Both the position numbers and the translations under genes were made by a program. A DNA stretch of 64,000 nt, from positions 22,822-86,821 of the forward strand of contig CAZYOA010000005.1 in the NCBI GenBank assembly GCA_964648665.1. Direction: 5' to 3'. The stretch is from an uncultured Planctomycetales bacterium (GTDB lineage Bacteria > Omnitrophota > Gorgyraeia > Zapsychrales > Aceulaceae). Positions 8,828-18,313 of the stretch are shown here, one piece after another. The notes below the pieces were generated by a model. That model saw nothing but the letters and a program-made list of their open reading frames with translations. It had not been told where the DNA came from and searched no databases. Position 1 is the stretch's first letter. The number at the start of each line of letters is the position of its first letter.

Positions 8828-11539
8828 ATGGCAGGTAAATCAAGCAAGTATGTTTATTTTTTCGGTGGAGGAAAAGCAGAAGGTAAAGCTTCGATGAAAG
8901 AGCTTTTAGGTGGTAAAGGTGCTAATTTAGCAGAAATGTCTAGCATTGGTGTTCCTGTGCCAGCAGGTTTTACAATCACAACAGAAGTTTGTGCATATTA
9001 TGATAAGAACAAAAATAAAAAGCCAGCAGGGTTAGATAAAGAAATCGATGCGAATATTGCTAAGATTGAAAAAGTTATGGGTGCAAAATTTGGTGATAGA
9101 GATAATCCTCTTTTAGTTTCTGTTCGAAGTGGCGCTGCGGTTTCTATGCCTGGTATGATGAATACTGTTTTGAATCTTGGTATCAATGATGATGTTGTTG
9201 TCGGTTTGGCTAAGAAAACAAAAAATGAACGCATGGCTTGGGATTCTTATAGACGTTTTATTAATATGTTTGGCGATGTTTGCATGGGTGTTGATCATGA
9301 GCATTTTGAGCATGAGTTAACACGTATTAAGAAAAAATATAAAAGAAAACTTGATACAGATTTGACAACTGAAGAATTAAAAGAGGTTGTTGAAGCTTAT
9401 AAAGCAGTATACAGAAAGAGCGTTGGAAAAAATTTTCCGACGAGTGCGCGAGAGCAGCTTGCTTATGCGATTGATGCGGTTTTAGAATCATGGAATATTC
9501 CGAGAGCTATTATGTATCGAAAGATCAACAAGCTTTTTGGACTTAAAGGAACAGCGGTTAATGTTCAGTCTATGGTTTATGGCAATATGGGTGATAATTC
9601 TGGAACAGGTGTTGCATTTACGCGTAATCCTGCAGACGGAACAGATGAATTTTTTGGCGAGTATCTTATTAATGCTCAGGGTGAAGATGTTGTAGCAGGT
9701 ATTCGTACACCTGATCCAATTTCAACATTGAAAAAGAAGATGCCAAAGATCTATAAAGAACTTAACGATATTCGCTTGAAGCTTGAGCGACATTATCATG
9801 ATATGCAAGATGTTGAATTTACCATTCAAGAAGGCAAGCTGTACATGCTTCAGACGAGAACTGGAAAGAGAACTGGTTTAGCTGCGGTTAAGATTGCTGT
9901 TGATATGGTTAAAGAAAAATTAATTAAGGAACAAGAAGGGCTGATGAGAATTGAAGGCGATCATTTGAATCAACTTCTTTTTCCAATCCTTGATCCTAAG
10001 GCAAAAATAGCAGCTATTGTTGCAAAGCGTGTTTTAGCAAAAGGTTTGCCAGCAGGTCCAGGCGCTGCCAACGGACAAATTGTTTTTACAGCTGAAGAAG
10101 CTGTAAAATGGGCAGATAAAGGTAAAAAAGTTATTTTAGCTCGAAAGGAAACTTCTCCAGAAGATGTTTCTGGCATGTGGGCTGCTCAAGCAATTTTGAC
10201 TTCAACAGGCGGAATGACTTCTCATGCTGCTGTTGTTGCTCGAGGCTGGGGTAAGTGCTGCGTTGTTGGTTGTGCGGCTCTCGACATTGATTATAAGACA
10301 AAAACAATCAAGGTTGCTGGAAAAGTTTTAAAAGAAGGCGCTGAAGTTTCTATTGATGGTTCAACAGGAGAAATTGTTTTAGGTCATGTTGAGACATCGT
10401 CTTCACCAGTTGTTTCTGGTATTATTGATAAAAACAAAAAAGCTCTAAAGCATCCTGTTTGTCAGATCTTTTTAGAAGTCATGAAATGGGCTGATAAAGC
10501 ACGACAAATTAATGTTCGTACAAATGCAGATTCTCCAAAAGATGCACAAAATGCACGTGCGTTTGGCGCAGAAGGTATTGGCCTTTGTCGAACAGAACAT
10601 ATGTTTTTCGAAGGAGATCGTATTTGGGCAATTCGAGAGATGATCTTGGCTGATGATTTAGCTGGTCGAGAAAAAGCGTTAAAGAAGCTTCTTCCTTATC
10701 AAAGAAAAGATTTTGAAGGTATCTTTAAGGCTATGGATGGATTACCTGTAACGGTTCGTCTTTTAGATCCACCTTTGCATGAGTTTTTGCCACATGATTC
10801 AAAGGGTCAGGCGGAGATGGCAAAACGTCTAAAGATAACACCAGCGGTTGTTAAAGCTAAAGTTGATTCTCTTCATGAGATGAACCCTATGCTTGGACAT
10901 CGCGGATGTCGACTATCTATTACATATCCTGAAATTTGCAAAATGCAAGTTACAGCGATTATGGAAGCGGCATGTAATATGGCTAAGAAAAATATTAAAG
11001 TTCTTCCAGAGATCATGATTCCGCTTATTGGAACAAAAGCAGAATATGATATTTTAGAAGAGATTTCTCGTAAGACGGCTGAAGATGTTATTAAGGCAAA
11101 AGGTAAAAAAGTTGGTTATCTTGTTGGAACAATGATGGAAATTCCTCGAGCTACACTTGTTGCAGACAAGGTTGCTGAAAAGGCTGAGTTCTATTCATTC
11201 GGAACAAATGACCTTACTCAAATGACCTTTGGATATAGCCGTGATGACGTTGCAACTTTCTTGCCTGAATATATTGACAAGAAAATTCTTAGAGATGATC
11301 CGTTTGCTTCTATCGATCAAGAAGGTGTAGGAGAACTTGTTAAGATAGCTGTTAAACGTGGTCGATCTACACGAAAGAATTTAAAGTGTGGTGTTTGTGG
11401 TGAGCATGGTGGTGATCCAGAGAGCGTTAAGTTCTTTGTGAGAGCAGGCTTAAATTATGTAAGCTGTTCACCATATCGTGTTCCAATTGCTCGATTGGCT
11501 GCAGGCCAAGCGGCACTTGAAGCCAAAAATAAAAAATAA
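8828..11539 (+). CDS. ppdK: Pyruvate, phosphate dikinase
   Basis: Full-length match to the PPDK architecture. Motifs include LLGGKGANLAEM, the phosphohistidine region GGMTSHAAVVARG, GLCRTEHMF and CGEHGGDP. ATG at 8828 preferred to the TTG at 8819. Confidence 0.93.
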   Translation: MAGKSSKYVYFFGGGKAEGKASMKELLGGKGANLAEMSSIGVPVPAGFTITTEVCAYYDKNKNKKPAGLDKEIDANIAKIEKVMGAKFGDRDNPLLVSVRSGAAVSMPGMMNTVLNLGINDDVVVGLAKKTKNERMAWDSYRRFINMFGDVCMGVDHEHFEHELTRIKKKYKRKLDTDLTTEELKEVVEAYKAVYRKSVGKNFPTSAREQLAYAIDAVLESWNIPRAIMYRKINKLFGLKGTAVNVQSMVYGNMGDNSGTGVAFTRNPADGTDEFFGEYLINAQGEDVVAGIRTPDPISTLKKKMPKIYKELNDIRLKLERHYHDMQDVEFTIQEGKLYMLQTRTGKRTGLAAVKIAVDMVKEKLIKEQEGLMRIEGDHLNQLLFPILDPKAKIAAIVAKRVLAKGLPAGPGAANGQIVFTAEEAVKWADKGKKVILARKETSPEDVSGMWAAQAILTSTGGMTSHAAVVARGWGKCCVVGCAALDIDYKTKTIKVAGKVLKEGAEVSIDGSTGEIVLGHVETSSSPVVSGIIDKNKKALKHPVCQIFLEVMKWADKARQINVRTNADSPKDAQNARAFGAEGIGLCRTEHMFFEGDRIWAIREMILADDLAGREKALKKLLPYQRKDFEGIFKAMDGLPVTVRLLDPPLHEFLPHDSKGQAEMAKRLKITPAVVKAKVDSLHEMNPMLGHRGCRLSITYPEICKMQVTAIMEAACNMAKKNIKVLPEIMIPLIGTKAEYDILEEISRKTAEDVIKAKGKKVGYLVGTMMEIPRATLVADKVAEKAEFYSFGTNDLTQMTFGYSRDDVATFLPEYIDKKILRDDPFASIDQEGVGELVKIAVKRGRSTRKNLKCGVCGEHGGDPESVKFFVRAGLNYVSCSPYRVPIARLAAGQAALEAKNKK

Positions 11540-11553
11540 ACAAAGGATATATA

Positions 11554-12381
11554 TTGGATCCTATACGCGCATATTTTAAAGATGTTCGACAGATTCCTCT
11601 TCTGACGCCAGAAGAAGAAATTAGTTTGGCACGAAAAATTCAGGGAGGAGATCGTCCGGCTAGAGACCAGATGATTACGTCGAACTTGCGCCTTGTTATT
11701 AGTATCGCCAAGCGATACATGAATCTTGGAATCCCTTTAAGTGATTTAATTGAAGAAGGCAACATCGGTTTGATGCGTGCCGTCGATAAATTTGATCCTG
11801 AAAGGGGATTCCGCTTTTCAACGTATGCGGCATGGTGGATTAAGCAAAGTGTTTCTCGCTCTATCGTTGATCAAGGTAAAATGATTCGTATTCCTGTTTA
11901 CATGAACGAAGAACTTGCTAAGTATAAGAAGGCGATAGAAAAATTAACGCATAAGCTTAAGCGTAAACCACGCGTAGCTGAAATCGCAAAAAAGATGCAA
12001 GTGGGTGTAGGCAGAATCCGAGAATTGAGTCAATGTGTAACTAAGATGTCTAGCTTAGATGCACCTATTGGCCAAGAAGGTGAAGGACAATTTAAAGATA
12101 TTGTTGAAGACACAACGCTTGAAGCTCCGCATGAAGAGTTAGAAAGCTTTTTTAATAAGGAACGCACGCTTGATCTTTTAAGTATGATGTCAGATCGCGA
12201 ACGTGAGGTTTTAGATTTACGTTATGGTATTACTGACGGAGAAAAGCGTACTTTAGCGGAGATTGCAAAAAAAATTGGCGTTTCAAAAGAGTGTATTCGT
12301 CAGGTTGAAGTTGGAGCAATAAAGAAGTTGCGAGAAATTTTTCATAAGCAAGAAAAAGGACTTTCTGGAGACGACGAATAG
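11554..12381 (+). CDS. Sigma-70 family RNA polymerase sigma factor (RpoD/RpoS-like, regions 1.2-4)
   Basis: YFKDVRQIPLLTPEEE (region 1.2), NLRLVISIAKRY, EGNIGLMRAVDKFD, FSTYAAWWIKQ (region 2) and LAEIAKKIGVSKECIRQVE (region 4.2). TTG start. Confidence 0.88.
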   Translation: MDPIRAYFKDVRQIPLLTPEEEISLARKIQGGDRPARDQMITSNLRLVISIAKRYMNLGIPLSDLIEEGNIGLMRAVDKFDPERGFRFSTYAAWWIKQSVSRSIVDQGKMIRIPVYMNEELAKYKKAIEKLTHKLKRKPRVAEIAKKMQVGVGRIRELSQCVTKMSSLDAPIGQEGEGQFKDIVEDTTLEAPHEELESFFNKERTLDLLSMMSDREREVLDLRYGITDGEKRTLAEIAKKIGVSKECIRQVEVGAIKKLREIFHKQEKGLSGDDE

Positions 12382-13232
12382 TGAGCGGAACATCTTTAAA
12401 AACATTCGCATTAATTATTCCAAGATTTGAAGATTTGGATCATTCTTTTTATGCTGAAGAAATTGTTAAGGGTGTTGGTCTTAGCGCAAGTCGCTTAAGA
12501 GTTGATATTTTAATGCACATTACTGAACGTTATGATCATCAAGATTGGTTAAGCGAGAAAATGACTAATCGAAAACAGCTTGATGGTATTATTTTTGCTG
12601 ATATTGATAAGGATACTGAAACGCTTGAGAAAGTTATTGCAACAGGCATTCCGTATGTTGTTTTAAATAATATCTTTAAAGAGCCAATTAACAGCATTGC
12701 TGTCGATAATCAAAAAGCTGCTTTTGATGCTGTGGAATATCTTATTGAGAATGGACACAAAGAGATTGCTATTGTTTGCGGAGACTTAAGAACACAAGCA
12801 GGACGCCTTCGTCTTGATGGATACAAGGAAGCTCTTGATAAACATGGCCTTGATTTTAAAGATGAATTTATTAAGTACGGTGAGTTTTTAAGAACATCGT
12901 CGAGAAAAGCTGCAAAAGATTTATTTGATGCTGAGAATTCTCCAACTGCTATTTTTGCATGTTCTGATGTCATGGCTTTAGAAATTATGTATGAAGCAAA
13001 AACGAGGGGCATGAAAGTTCCACAAGATATTTCTGTAATTGGTTTTGATGACAACCCTATTAATGTTCACAGCTCTGTTAAGCTATCAACAGTTGCCCAG
13101 CCTTTAAAGGAAATGGGTCGTTTAGGTCTTGAAAAATTGAATCAAATTTGTGAAGGTGAAATCGGCATTCCAACACAAACGCTTTTGCCAACAAAATTTA
13201 TTGCGCGAGCAAGTGTTTTTAAGTTAGCGTAA
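12381..13232 (+). CDS. LacI/PurR-type periplasmic-binding-fold sensor domain protein lacking the N-terminal HTH
   Basis: Matches the ligand-binding core of LacI-family repressors (GIIFAD, VVLNN, GHKEIAIV, RLDGYKEAL, AIFACSDVMALE, PQDISVIGFDD). Starts directly at the core with no DNA-binding helix-turn-helix. GTG start overlaps the sigma-gene stop (TAGTG). Confidence 0.7.
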   Translation: MSGTSLKTFALIIPRFEDLDHSFYAEEIVKGVGLSASRLRVDILMHITERYDHQDWLSEKMTNRKQLDGIIFADIDKDTETLEKVIATGIPYVVLNNIFKEPINSIAVDNQKAAFDAVEYLIENGHKEIAIVCGDLRTQAGRLRLDGYKEALDKHGLDFKDEFIKYGEFLRTSSRKAAKDLFDAENSPTAIFACSDVMALEIMYEAKTRGMKVPQDISVIGFDDNPINVHSSVKLSTVAQPLKEMGRLGLEKLNQICEGEIGIPTQTLLPTKFIARASVFKLA

Positions 13233-13254
13233 CCTTTAATCGAAAAAGGATATC

Positions 13255-13773
13255 ATGAGTAAAAAATTGCAAGATTATATTCGAGACATTCCAGATTTTC
13301 CAAAGAAGGGAATCCTTTTCAAGGATATTACAACGCTTTTAAATGATAAAGATGCGTTTAAGCGATCAGTCGATATGCTTGCAAAAAAGTTTAAAGGTAA
13401 AAAAATTGATTATATTGTTTCAATCGAAGCTAGAGGTTTTATTTTTGGAGCAGTTCTTGCATATAAGCTTGGAGCTGGATTTGTTCCTGTCCGGAAGAAA
13501 GGCAAACTTCCTTCAAAAACGCGAAGCGTAACATATGATTTAGAATACGGAACAGATACTTTAGAGATTCATAGTGACGCGATTGAAAAGAATTCTAAAG
13601 TTCTAGTTGTTGATGATTTGTTAGCAACGGGAGGAACAGTTAAAGCCGTTACTCAATTGCTTAAAGGATTTAATGTTTCGATCGTTGCTCTTGCTTTTTT
13701 AGTCGAGCTTAAATTTTTAAAGGGTCGCGACAAGCTAAAGAAGTTTCCTATTTCTGCCTTAATTGAGTATTAA
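13255..13773 (+). CDS. apt: Adenine phosphoribosyltransferase
   Basis: [23 protein letters not shown] and the PRPP motif [13 protein letters not shown]. Confidence 0.92.
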   Translation: MSKKLQDYIRDIPDFPKKGILFKDITTLLNDKDAFKRSVDMLAKKFKGKKIDYIVSIEARGFIFGAVLAYKLGAGFVPVRKKGKLPSKTRSVTYDLEYGTDTLEIHSDAIEKNSKVLVVDDLLATGGTVKAVTQLLKGFNVSIVALAFLVELKFLKGRDKLKKFPISALIEY

Positions 13774-14061
13774 CTAGATTTTCTCTTCCCAGCTTTAATC
13801 TTAAGTGTATTTTTATAATATTTAATTTATTCTAGAATATTGATTACTTTAATTGTAGTATAGCGGCATAATCTTTCTCATAAATCTTTATCAAGTAATG
13901 AATCTTCTCGACGCAAATGCCGCAGAATTAATTTGATCAAGCAGTTTAGCGTTTCGTTAAGATTAATGTACGCTGTGGTTTTATTTACGTGTCCGCACTT
14001 TTGATTATTTTGAATATGACATAGCGACATAAATTTTTCAAATAAAGATATTAATGTATTT

Positions 14062-14135
14062 GCGCCCGTAGCTCAGATGGATAGAGCGCGGCTCTCCTAA
14101 GGCCGGCGTGGGGGGTTCGAGTCCTCCCGGGCGCA
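14062..14135 (+). tRNA. tRNA-Arg (anticodon CCU), CCA not encoded
   Basis: Manual cloverleaf fold. Acceptor gcgcccg/cgggcgc, D-arm gctc-agatggat-agagc, and anticodon stem cggct/ggccg with loop cuCCUaa. Also a 5-nt variable loop, T-arm ggggg-ttcgagt-cctcc and discriminator A. Confidence 0.9.
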
Positions 14136-14371
14136 TTTTTTTATTCGCCAACTTTAAGAGGTTTTAAGAGAGGCGAATAGACAACCCTCAGCAGAGGATA
14201 AATATTTTTTCAATTCTAAGAAAGATGGATGGAGAGATTTTGCAGAGGGATAAACTTCTTGGTATTTATGATATTTTTGTGAATTTTGCACTTTTGTTAA
14301 TTTATTCTAATTTCTTTATTTTCAATGAGATATCAATTTTATTAATAGAATAAAAAGAATTTTAAAAAAAC

Positions 14372-14400
14372 TTGACACTGCATCTTATCTGTGGAAAAAT
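14372..14400 (+). promoter_or_regulatory. Putative promoter of the OMP gene (TTGACA-17 nt-AAAAAT with upstream TG)
   Basis: Consensus -35 TTGACA at 14372-14377 and an A/T-rich -10 at 14395-14400 preceded by tgtgg. Implies a leader of about 175 nt. Confidence 0.4.
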
Positions 14401-14581
14401 AAACTTACACTGAACCCAGAGATGACTCTACTTATAACAAGGAAGGAGGTGAAGAAAAAAGGCTGTTACGGCTCATCGCTACCTGGGAAATTTTCGCGTA
14501 TCCCTAGACGTTTTTACAACGACTAGAAATTATATACATGGCTGGTTTAATTTAAAAAATTTATTTCAAGGAGGATTACCA

Positions 14582-15955
14582 ATGAAAAAAGGTATTCTAT
14601 TGGCAGTGTTGATTGTAGCTTTATTAGCTATGCCTGCATTTGCTAGCGTACAAAATATTAAAGTTAGCGGTGACCTAGAAAATTCATGGGTTTCTCGTGG
14701 TGGTTTTGATTTTGGTGTAGGTACTTCAGATATGACGCAGAATGATGTTCTTACTCAACTTCGCTTAAGAGTCGATGCAGATCTTACAGATAACGTTTCT
14801 GTAGTTGTTCGTTTACTTAACGAAAGAACTTGGGGAAGTGATGTTTCAACAGACGGTGGCATTGATGTTGATCTTGCTTATATTGAAATGAGAGAAATGC
14901 TTTATTCTCCATTGACTGTAACAATTGGTCGTCAGGTTCTTTATTATGGTAATGGTTTGATTCTTGGTGATGGACCAAACAATGAAACAACTAGTTCATT
15001 GTCAAGTGTTGCTCCAGATCTTTCTAAGGTTTCTGGCGTTGATGCGATCAAGGCAGTTTTGGATTATGATCCTTTAACAATTGACATTTTTGCTGCAGTT
15101 GTTGATGATCAAGATAAGCAAGACAAAAGTGATGATGTTAATCTTTATGGTATTAATGCAAATTATGCCTTTAACGATTCAAAAGGTAGTGTTGCCGAAG
15201 CCTATTTCTTTGCAAAAGTTGATTCTTCTGTAACAGATTCAGGTTCTGGAAATTCAAACGCGGATACAGTTTTTAATCCTGGCATTCGTTTAAGTTCAAA
15301 CGTTCTAGACGGTTTGTTCTTGTCTGGTGAAATTGCTTATCAGTTTGGTAAGGCAACAAGCACAACTTTGCCAAATACTCCTCTTTCAATAGATAGAAAT
15401 GCTTTAGCTGTTCAGTTAATTTCAAGCTATGCACTTCCTTTTGAAAAGACAAAGAAATATAGTCCTACTCTAGTTGGATCATATACTTATTTGTCTGGAG
15501 ATAGTGATAATTTGGGAGTAAACGGTACTAAAGAAAACAAATATACTGCATGGGATCCTATGTATGAAGGACAAAGCGGTGGAAAGATTTACAATGCTTT
15601 GTTTGATTTAACCAATTGTCATATTTATTCAGTTGCACTTTCTGCTGAAGTTGTTGAAGATGTTATGGCTAAAGCAACATGGTCTGGTCTTTGGTTGGAC
15701 AAGAAAATGAGTACTTCTCCTTGGAGACCAGAAAACGTTTATGCTGCCGGAACTATTACTACAGTAGCTGCTTACAATGTTGATCAAGACAAAAAAGCTC
15801 TTGGAAATGAATTTGATCTAGAGCTTACTTATGATTATACAGAAGATGTTGTTATTGGTTTGAATACTGGTATCTATTTACCAGGTTCTGTGTTTACAGA
15901 AGCTAATGATAACGCAGCAACACAGGCTATTTTATCTGTGCTTGTTAACTTCTAA
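14582..15955 (+). CDS. Outer-membrane beta-barrel protein (porin-like, possibly alginate-export family)
   Basis: Sec signal peptide (LLAMPAFA|SV), alternating amphipathic beta-strand pattern, aromatic C-terminus (VLVNF). Strong AGGAGG RBS. Confidence 0.75.
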   Translation: MKKGILLAVLIVALLAMPAFASVQNIKVSGDLENSWVSRGGFDFGVGTSDMTQNDVLTQLRLRVDADLTDNVSVVVRLLNERTWGSDVSTDGGIDVDLAYIEMREMLYSPLTVTIGRQVLYYGNGLILGDGPNNETTSSLSSVAPDLSKVSGVDAIKAVLDYDPLTIDIFAAVVDDQDKQDKSDDVNLYGINANYAFNDSKGSVAEAYFFAKVDSSVTDSGSGNSNADTVFNPGIRLSSNVLDGLFLSGEIAYQFGKATSTTLPNTPLSIDRNALAVQLISSYALPFEKTKKYSPTLVGSYTYLSGDSDNLGVNGTKENKYTAWDPMYEGQSGGKIYNALFDLTNCHIYSVALSAEVVEDVMAKATWSGLWLDKKMSTSPWRPENVYAAGTITTVAAYNVDQDKKALGNEFDLELTYDYTEDVVIGLNTGIYLPGSVFTEANDNAATQAILSVLVNF

Positions 15956-15980
15956 TTATTGTTAAAAAAGAAGTTTTAAA

Positions 15981-16015
15981 AGTGCCCCGCCGATTTTCGG
16001 CGGGGCACTTTTTTG
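15981..16015 (+). terminator. Rho-independent terminator after the OMP gene
   Basis: Perfect 11-bp GC-rich stem gtgccccgccg / cggcggggcac with a 5-nt loop, then tttttt. Confidence 0.9.
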
Positions 16016-16196
16016 TATGAGCACAATTTTTCTTTAAGAAATATTAAGATTGGTCTTTTGCATTGAACGACGATAAAGAATTTAGTTAAAAAAACTTAAG
16101 AATGTTCTTTTAAATGCATATATATTTGTTAAGATAAACATACTAAGTTAATTTTAACAATGTTTGTTAATCCTTTTAATGGATTTATTGATAGCT

Positions 16197-16772
16197 ATGA
16201 CTAAAGAAGAAATTTATGAGCATTTAGCTCAAGTGTATTTAGGTAAAAAGACAAAAGATACTCCTGTAAAGAAAAATAAATTTAACGTTTCCCCACTTAC
16301 AAAAACTACGTTAACACTTATCATTTTAGCCGTTGCTTTTTATAGTTTGACTGCGTTTTTATCTCGACGACACGATGCCCTTAAAACGAATATTATTTTT
16401 GCTTTAAACAATTCTCCAATTCGAATTAAATATAACTTAAACAATCCTTATCCTCAAATTAAAGATTTTTCTATTAGTATTCCTAAAACGGATATCGCTA
16501 AATATAAAAATTTAAATTTCTCAATACGAGGTCTTGAAGAAGGATATCCAGATGTTGTTAAGGTGGTTTTAACCAACAAGCGAAACGAAGAAGCCTTTGT
16601 TCTTATTTCTGGTGTTAAATTAAAGTGGAATGATTATAGTTTACCTTTAGAAGGCTTTGTTAACATTACAGATTGGATGAGCGTTGATAAAGTTTCTTTT
16701 GTTTTAGAGGGATGGAATGTTGCAAAGAAAAAAGGAATTATTCTAATTGATGAAGTATGTTTTTCAAAGTAG
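16197..16772 (+). CDS. Hypothetical membrane-anchored protein
   Basis: ATG at 16197 (MTKEEIYEHL) and one TM helix (TLTLIILAVAFYSLTAFL). The C-terminal half looks beta-rich. No family assigned. Confidence 0.5.
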   Translation: MTKEEIYEHLAQVYLGKKTKDTPVKKNKFNVSPLTKTTLTLIILAVAFYSLTAFLSRRHDALKTNIIFALNNSPIRIKYNLNNPYPQIKDFSISIPKTDIAKYKNLNFSIRGLEEGYPDVVKVVLTNKRNEEAFVLISGVKLKWNDYSLPLEGFVNITDWMSVDKVSFVLEGWNVAKKKGIILIDEVCFSK

Positions 16773-16891
16773 ATTTAATTAAAAATTGAAATCCCAGCAC
16801 ACTTTGTGTGTGGGATAAATTTGCGCAGATAATTTACGTTTTTTTTTAGTTGTATAAATTATGCACTTATTTATAAAAGGAGGATCATTTT

Positions 16892-17983
16892 ATGAGGATT
16901 ATTGCTGTTGCTAACCAAAAAGGGGGCTGCGGAAAAACAACGACTTCGATTAACTTAACGGCTGCATTGGCAGCGAATGGTAAACGTGTGCTGCTTCTTG
17001 ATTTGGATCCTCAGTCTCATGCTTCGCTTGGACTTGATATCGATTCTCAAAACAGTATTTATAATGTGATTTCTAAGATTACGCCACGAAAACTTTCTAT
17101 TGATCAGATTATTCAGAGCATTGATAAGAAATTTGATCTTGTTCCGTCGAATGTTTTGGTTGGAACGCTTGAGCAAGAATTGGCTGATGAAATAGGACGA
17201 GAGGTTAAGCTTTCAACAATTTTAGATAGCTTAAAGGGTCGATATGATTATATTATTATCGATTGTCCTCCTAATCTTGGATTCTTAACTATTAATGCAC
17301 TTCGTGCATGTAGTGAGGTTATTATTCCTGTTGAAACAAGTCGGTTTTCTCTTCAGGGTGTTGATCGACTTTTAGAAATTATCAAGCTTGTTAAAGATAG
17401 GCTTGATCATCATATTACGAGTAGAGTTTTAGTAACAATGTTTGATTCTAGGTTGCGTCATTCTTTTGCAATGTTGGATAAGATTAAAGCGCAATTTTCT
17501 GATAATCTTATTGGAACGATTGTTCATCTTAATGTTAAGCTTAAAGAATCTGCTGTTATGGGGAAAAGTGTTATGGATTATGATAAATATTGTCGTGGTA
17601 GCAAAGATTATTATAGCTTAGCTAAAGAGCTTATTTGCTATGAAAAGGTTTCTGCAGAATCGGTGTTTAAGCCGATATCTTCTAAGATGAAGAAAGAAGT
17701 TAAGGATAGAGTAAAAGATTTTAAAGATACTATTGCTTTTAGTCTAAAGGCTCCTGAAGCAAAATCTGTTTACATTGCAGGTGATTTTAATAATTGGTAT
17801 GTTGATGAATCTTGCCGGATGCAGAAGAGGGATGGAATCTGGACGGCTAGCTTAAAGCTTAACCCGGGTAAGCATCAATATCGTTTTATTGTAGATGGTC
17901 GATGGCAAGAAGATCCAGGTAATCCAAAACGAGAAGAAAATTCTTTCGGTGATGCTAATTCGGTTGTTGAGATTGCACAGTAA
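16892..17983 (+). CDS. ParA/Soj-family ATPase fused to a C-terminal CBM48 (AMPK-beta-type glycogen-binding) domain
   Basis: Deviant Walker A NQKGGCGKTT, LLLDLDPQ and IIIDCPP motifs of ParA. The C-terminal roughly 85 aa (KSVYIAGDFNNWY...GIWTASLKLNPGKHQYRFIVDGRWQEDPGNP...NSVVEI) matches the AMPK1_CBM/CBM48 signature. Confidence 0.8.
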   Translation: MRIIAVANQKGGCGKTTTSINLTAALAANGKRVLLLDLDPQSHASLGLDIDSQNSIYNVISKITPRKLSIDQIIQSIDKKFDLVPSNVLVGTLEQELADEIGREVKLSTILDSLKGRYDYIIIDCPPNLGFLTINALRACSEVIIPVETSRFSLQGVDRLLEIIKLVKDRLDHHITSRVLVTMFDSRLRHSFAMLDKIKAQFSDNLIGTIVHLNVKLKESAVMGKSVMDYDKYCRGSKDYYSLAKELICYEKVSAESVFKPISSKMKKEVKDRVKDFKDTIAFSLKAPEAKSVYIAGDFNNWYVDESCRMQKRDGIWTASLKLNPGKHQYRFIVDGRWQEDPGNPKREENSFGDANSVVEIAQ

Positions 17984-18288
17984 TGAAAAAAAAGAACGAT
18001 GCAGAAGATAAGATTTTTGCAATTATGGCGTATCTTTCGATCTTGTGCATTGTTCCGCTTGTTTTTAAGAAAGATAATAAATTTGTCCTTTCCCACAGTA
18101 AGCAAGGCCTTGTGATATTTGTTGGATTTGTTTGCATTTTTGTTGTTAGCATTTTATTTGATTGGATCTTGCGTCCAGGACTCTTTTTGTTAGGCCTTGC
18201 ATCGATCTATGGCATTATTGAATCGATTAGAGGCAAATACATAAAGATTCCTTTGATTCATCAGATTGCAGACAAAATCACTCTTTAA
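17983..18288 (+). CDS. Small membrane protein, DUF4870-like
   Basis: AIMAYLSILCIVPLVFKKDNKFVLSHSKQGLVIF pattern plus further TM helices. Start overlaps the ParA stop (TAATG). Confidence 0.55.
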   Translation: MKKKNDAEDKIFAIMAYLSILCIVPLVFKKDNKFVLSHSKQGLVIFVGFVCIFVVSILFDWILRPGLFLLGLASIYGIIESIRGKYIKIPLIHQIADKITL

Positions 18289-18313
18289 TTTTAAATTTGT
18301 GCCTAAGGTGCTT

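Noticed and set aside
14400-14530. Possible SRP (4.5S) RNA or small leader peptide in the tRNA-OMP intergenic region
   Set aside because: The conserved SRP domain IV motif (GGAAGCAGCC-type) is absent. The 28-codon ORF starting at 14422 has no RBS. It is kept only as an unexplained structured leader.
16792-16815. Hairpin tcccagcacac-ttt-gtgtgtggga after the 16197-16772 gene as a terminator
   Set aside because: The stem is imperfect (one unpaired base) and there is no following T-run. It is too weak to call as a terminator.
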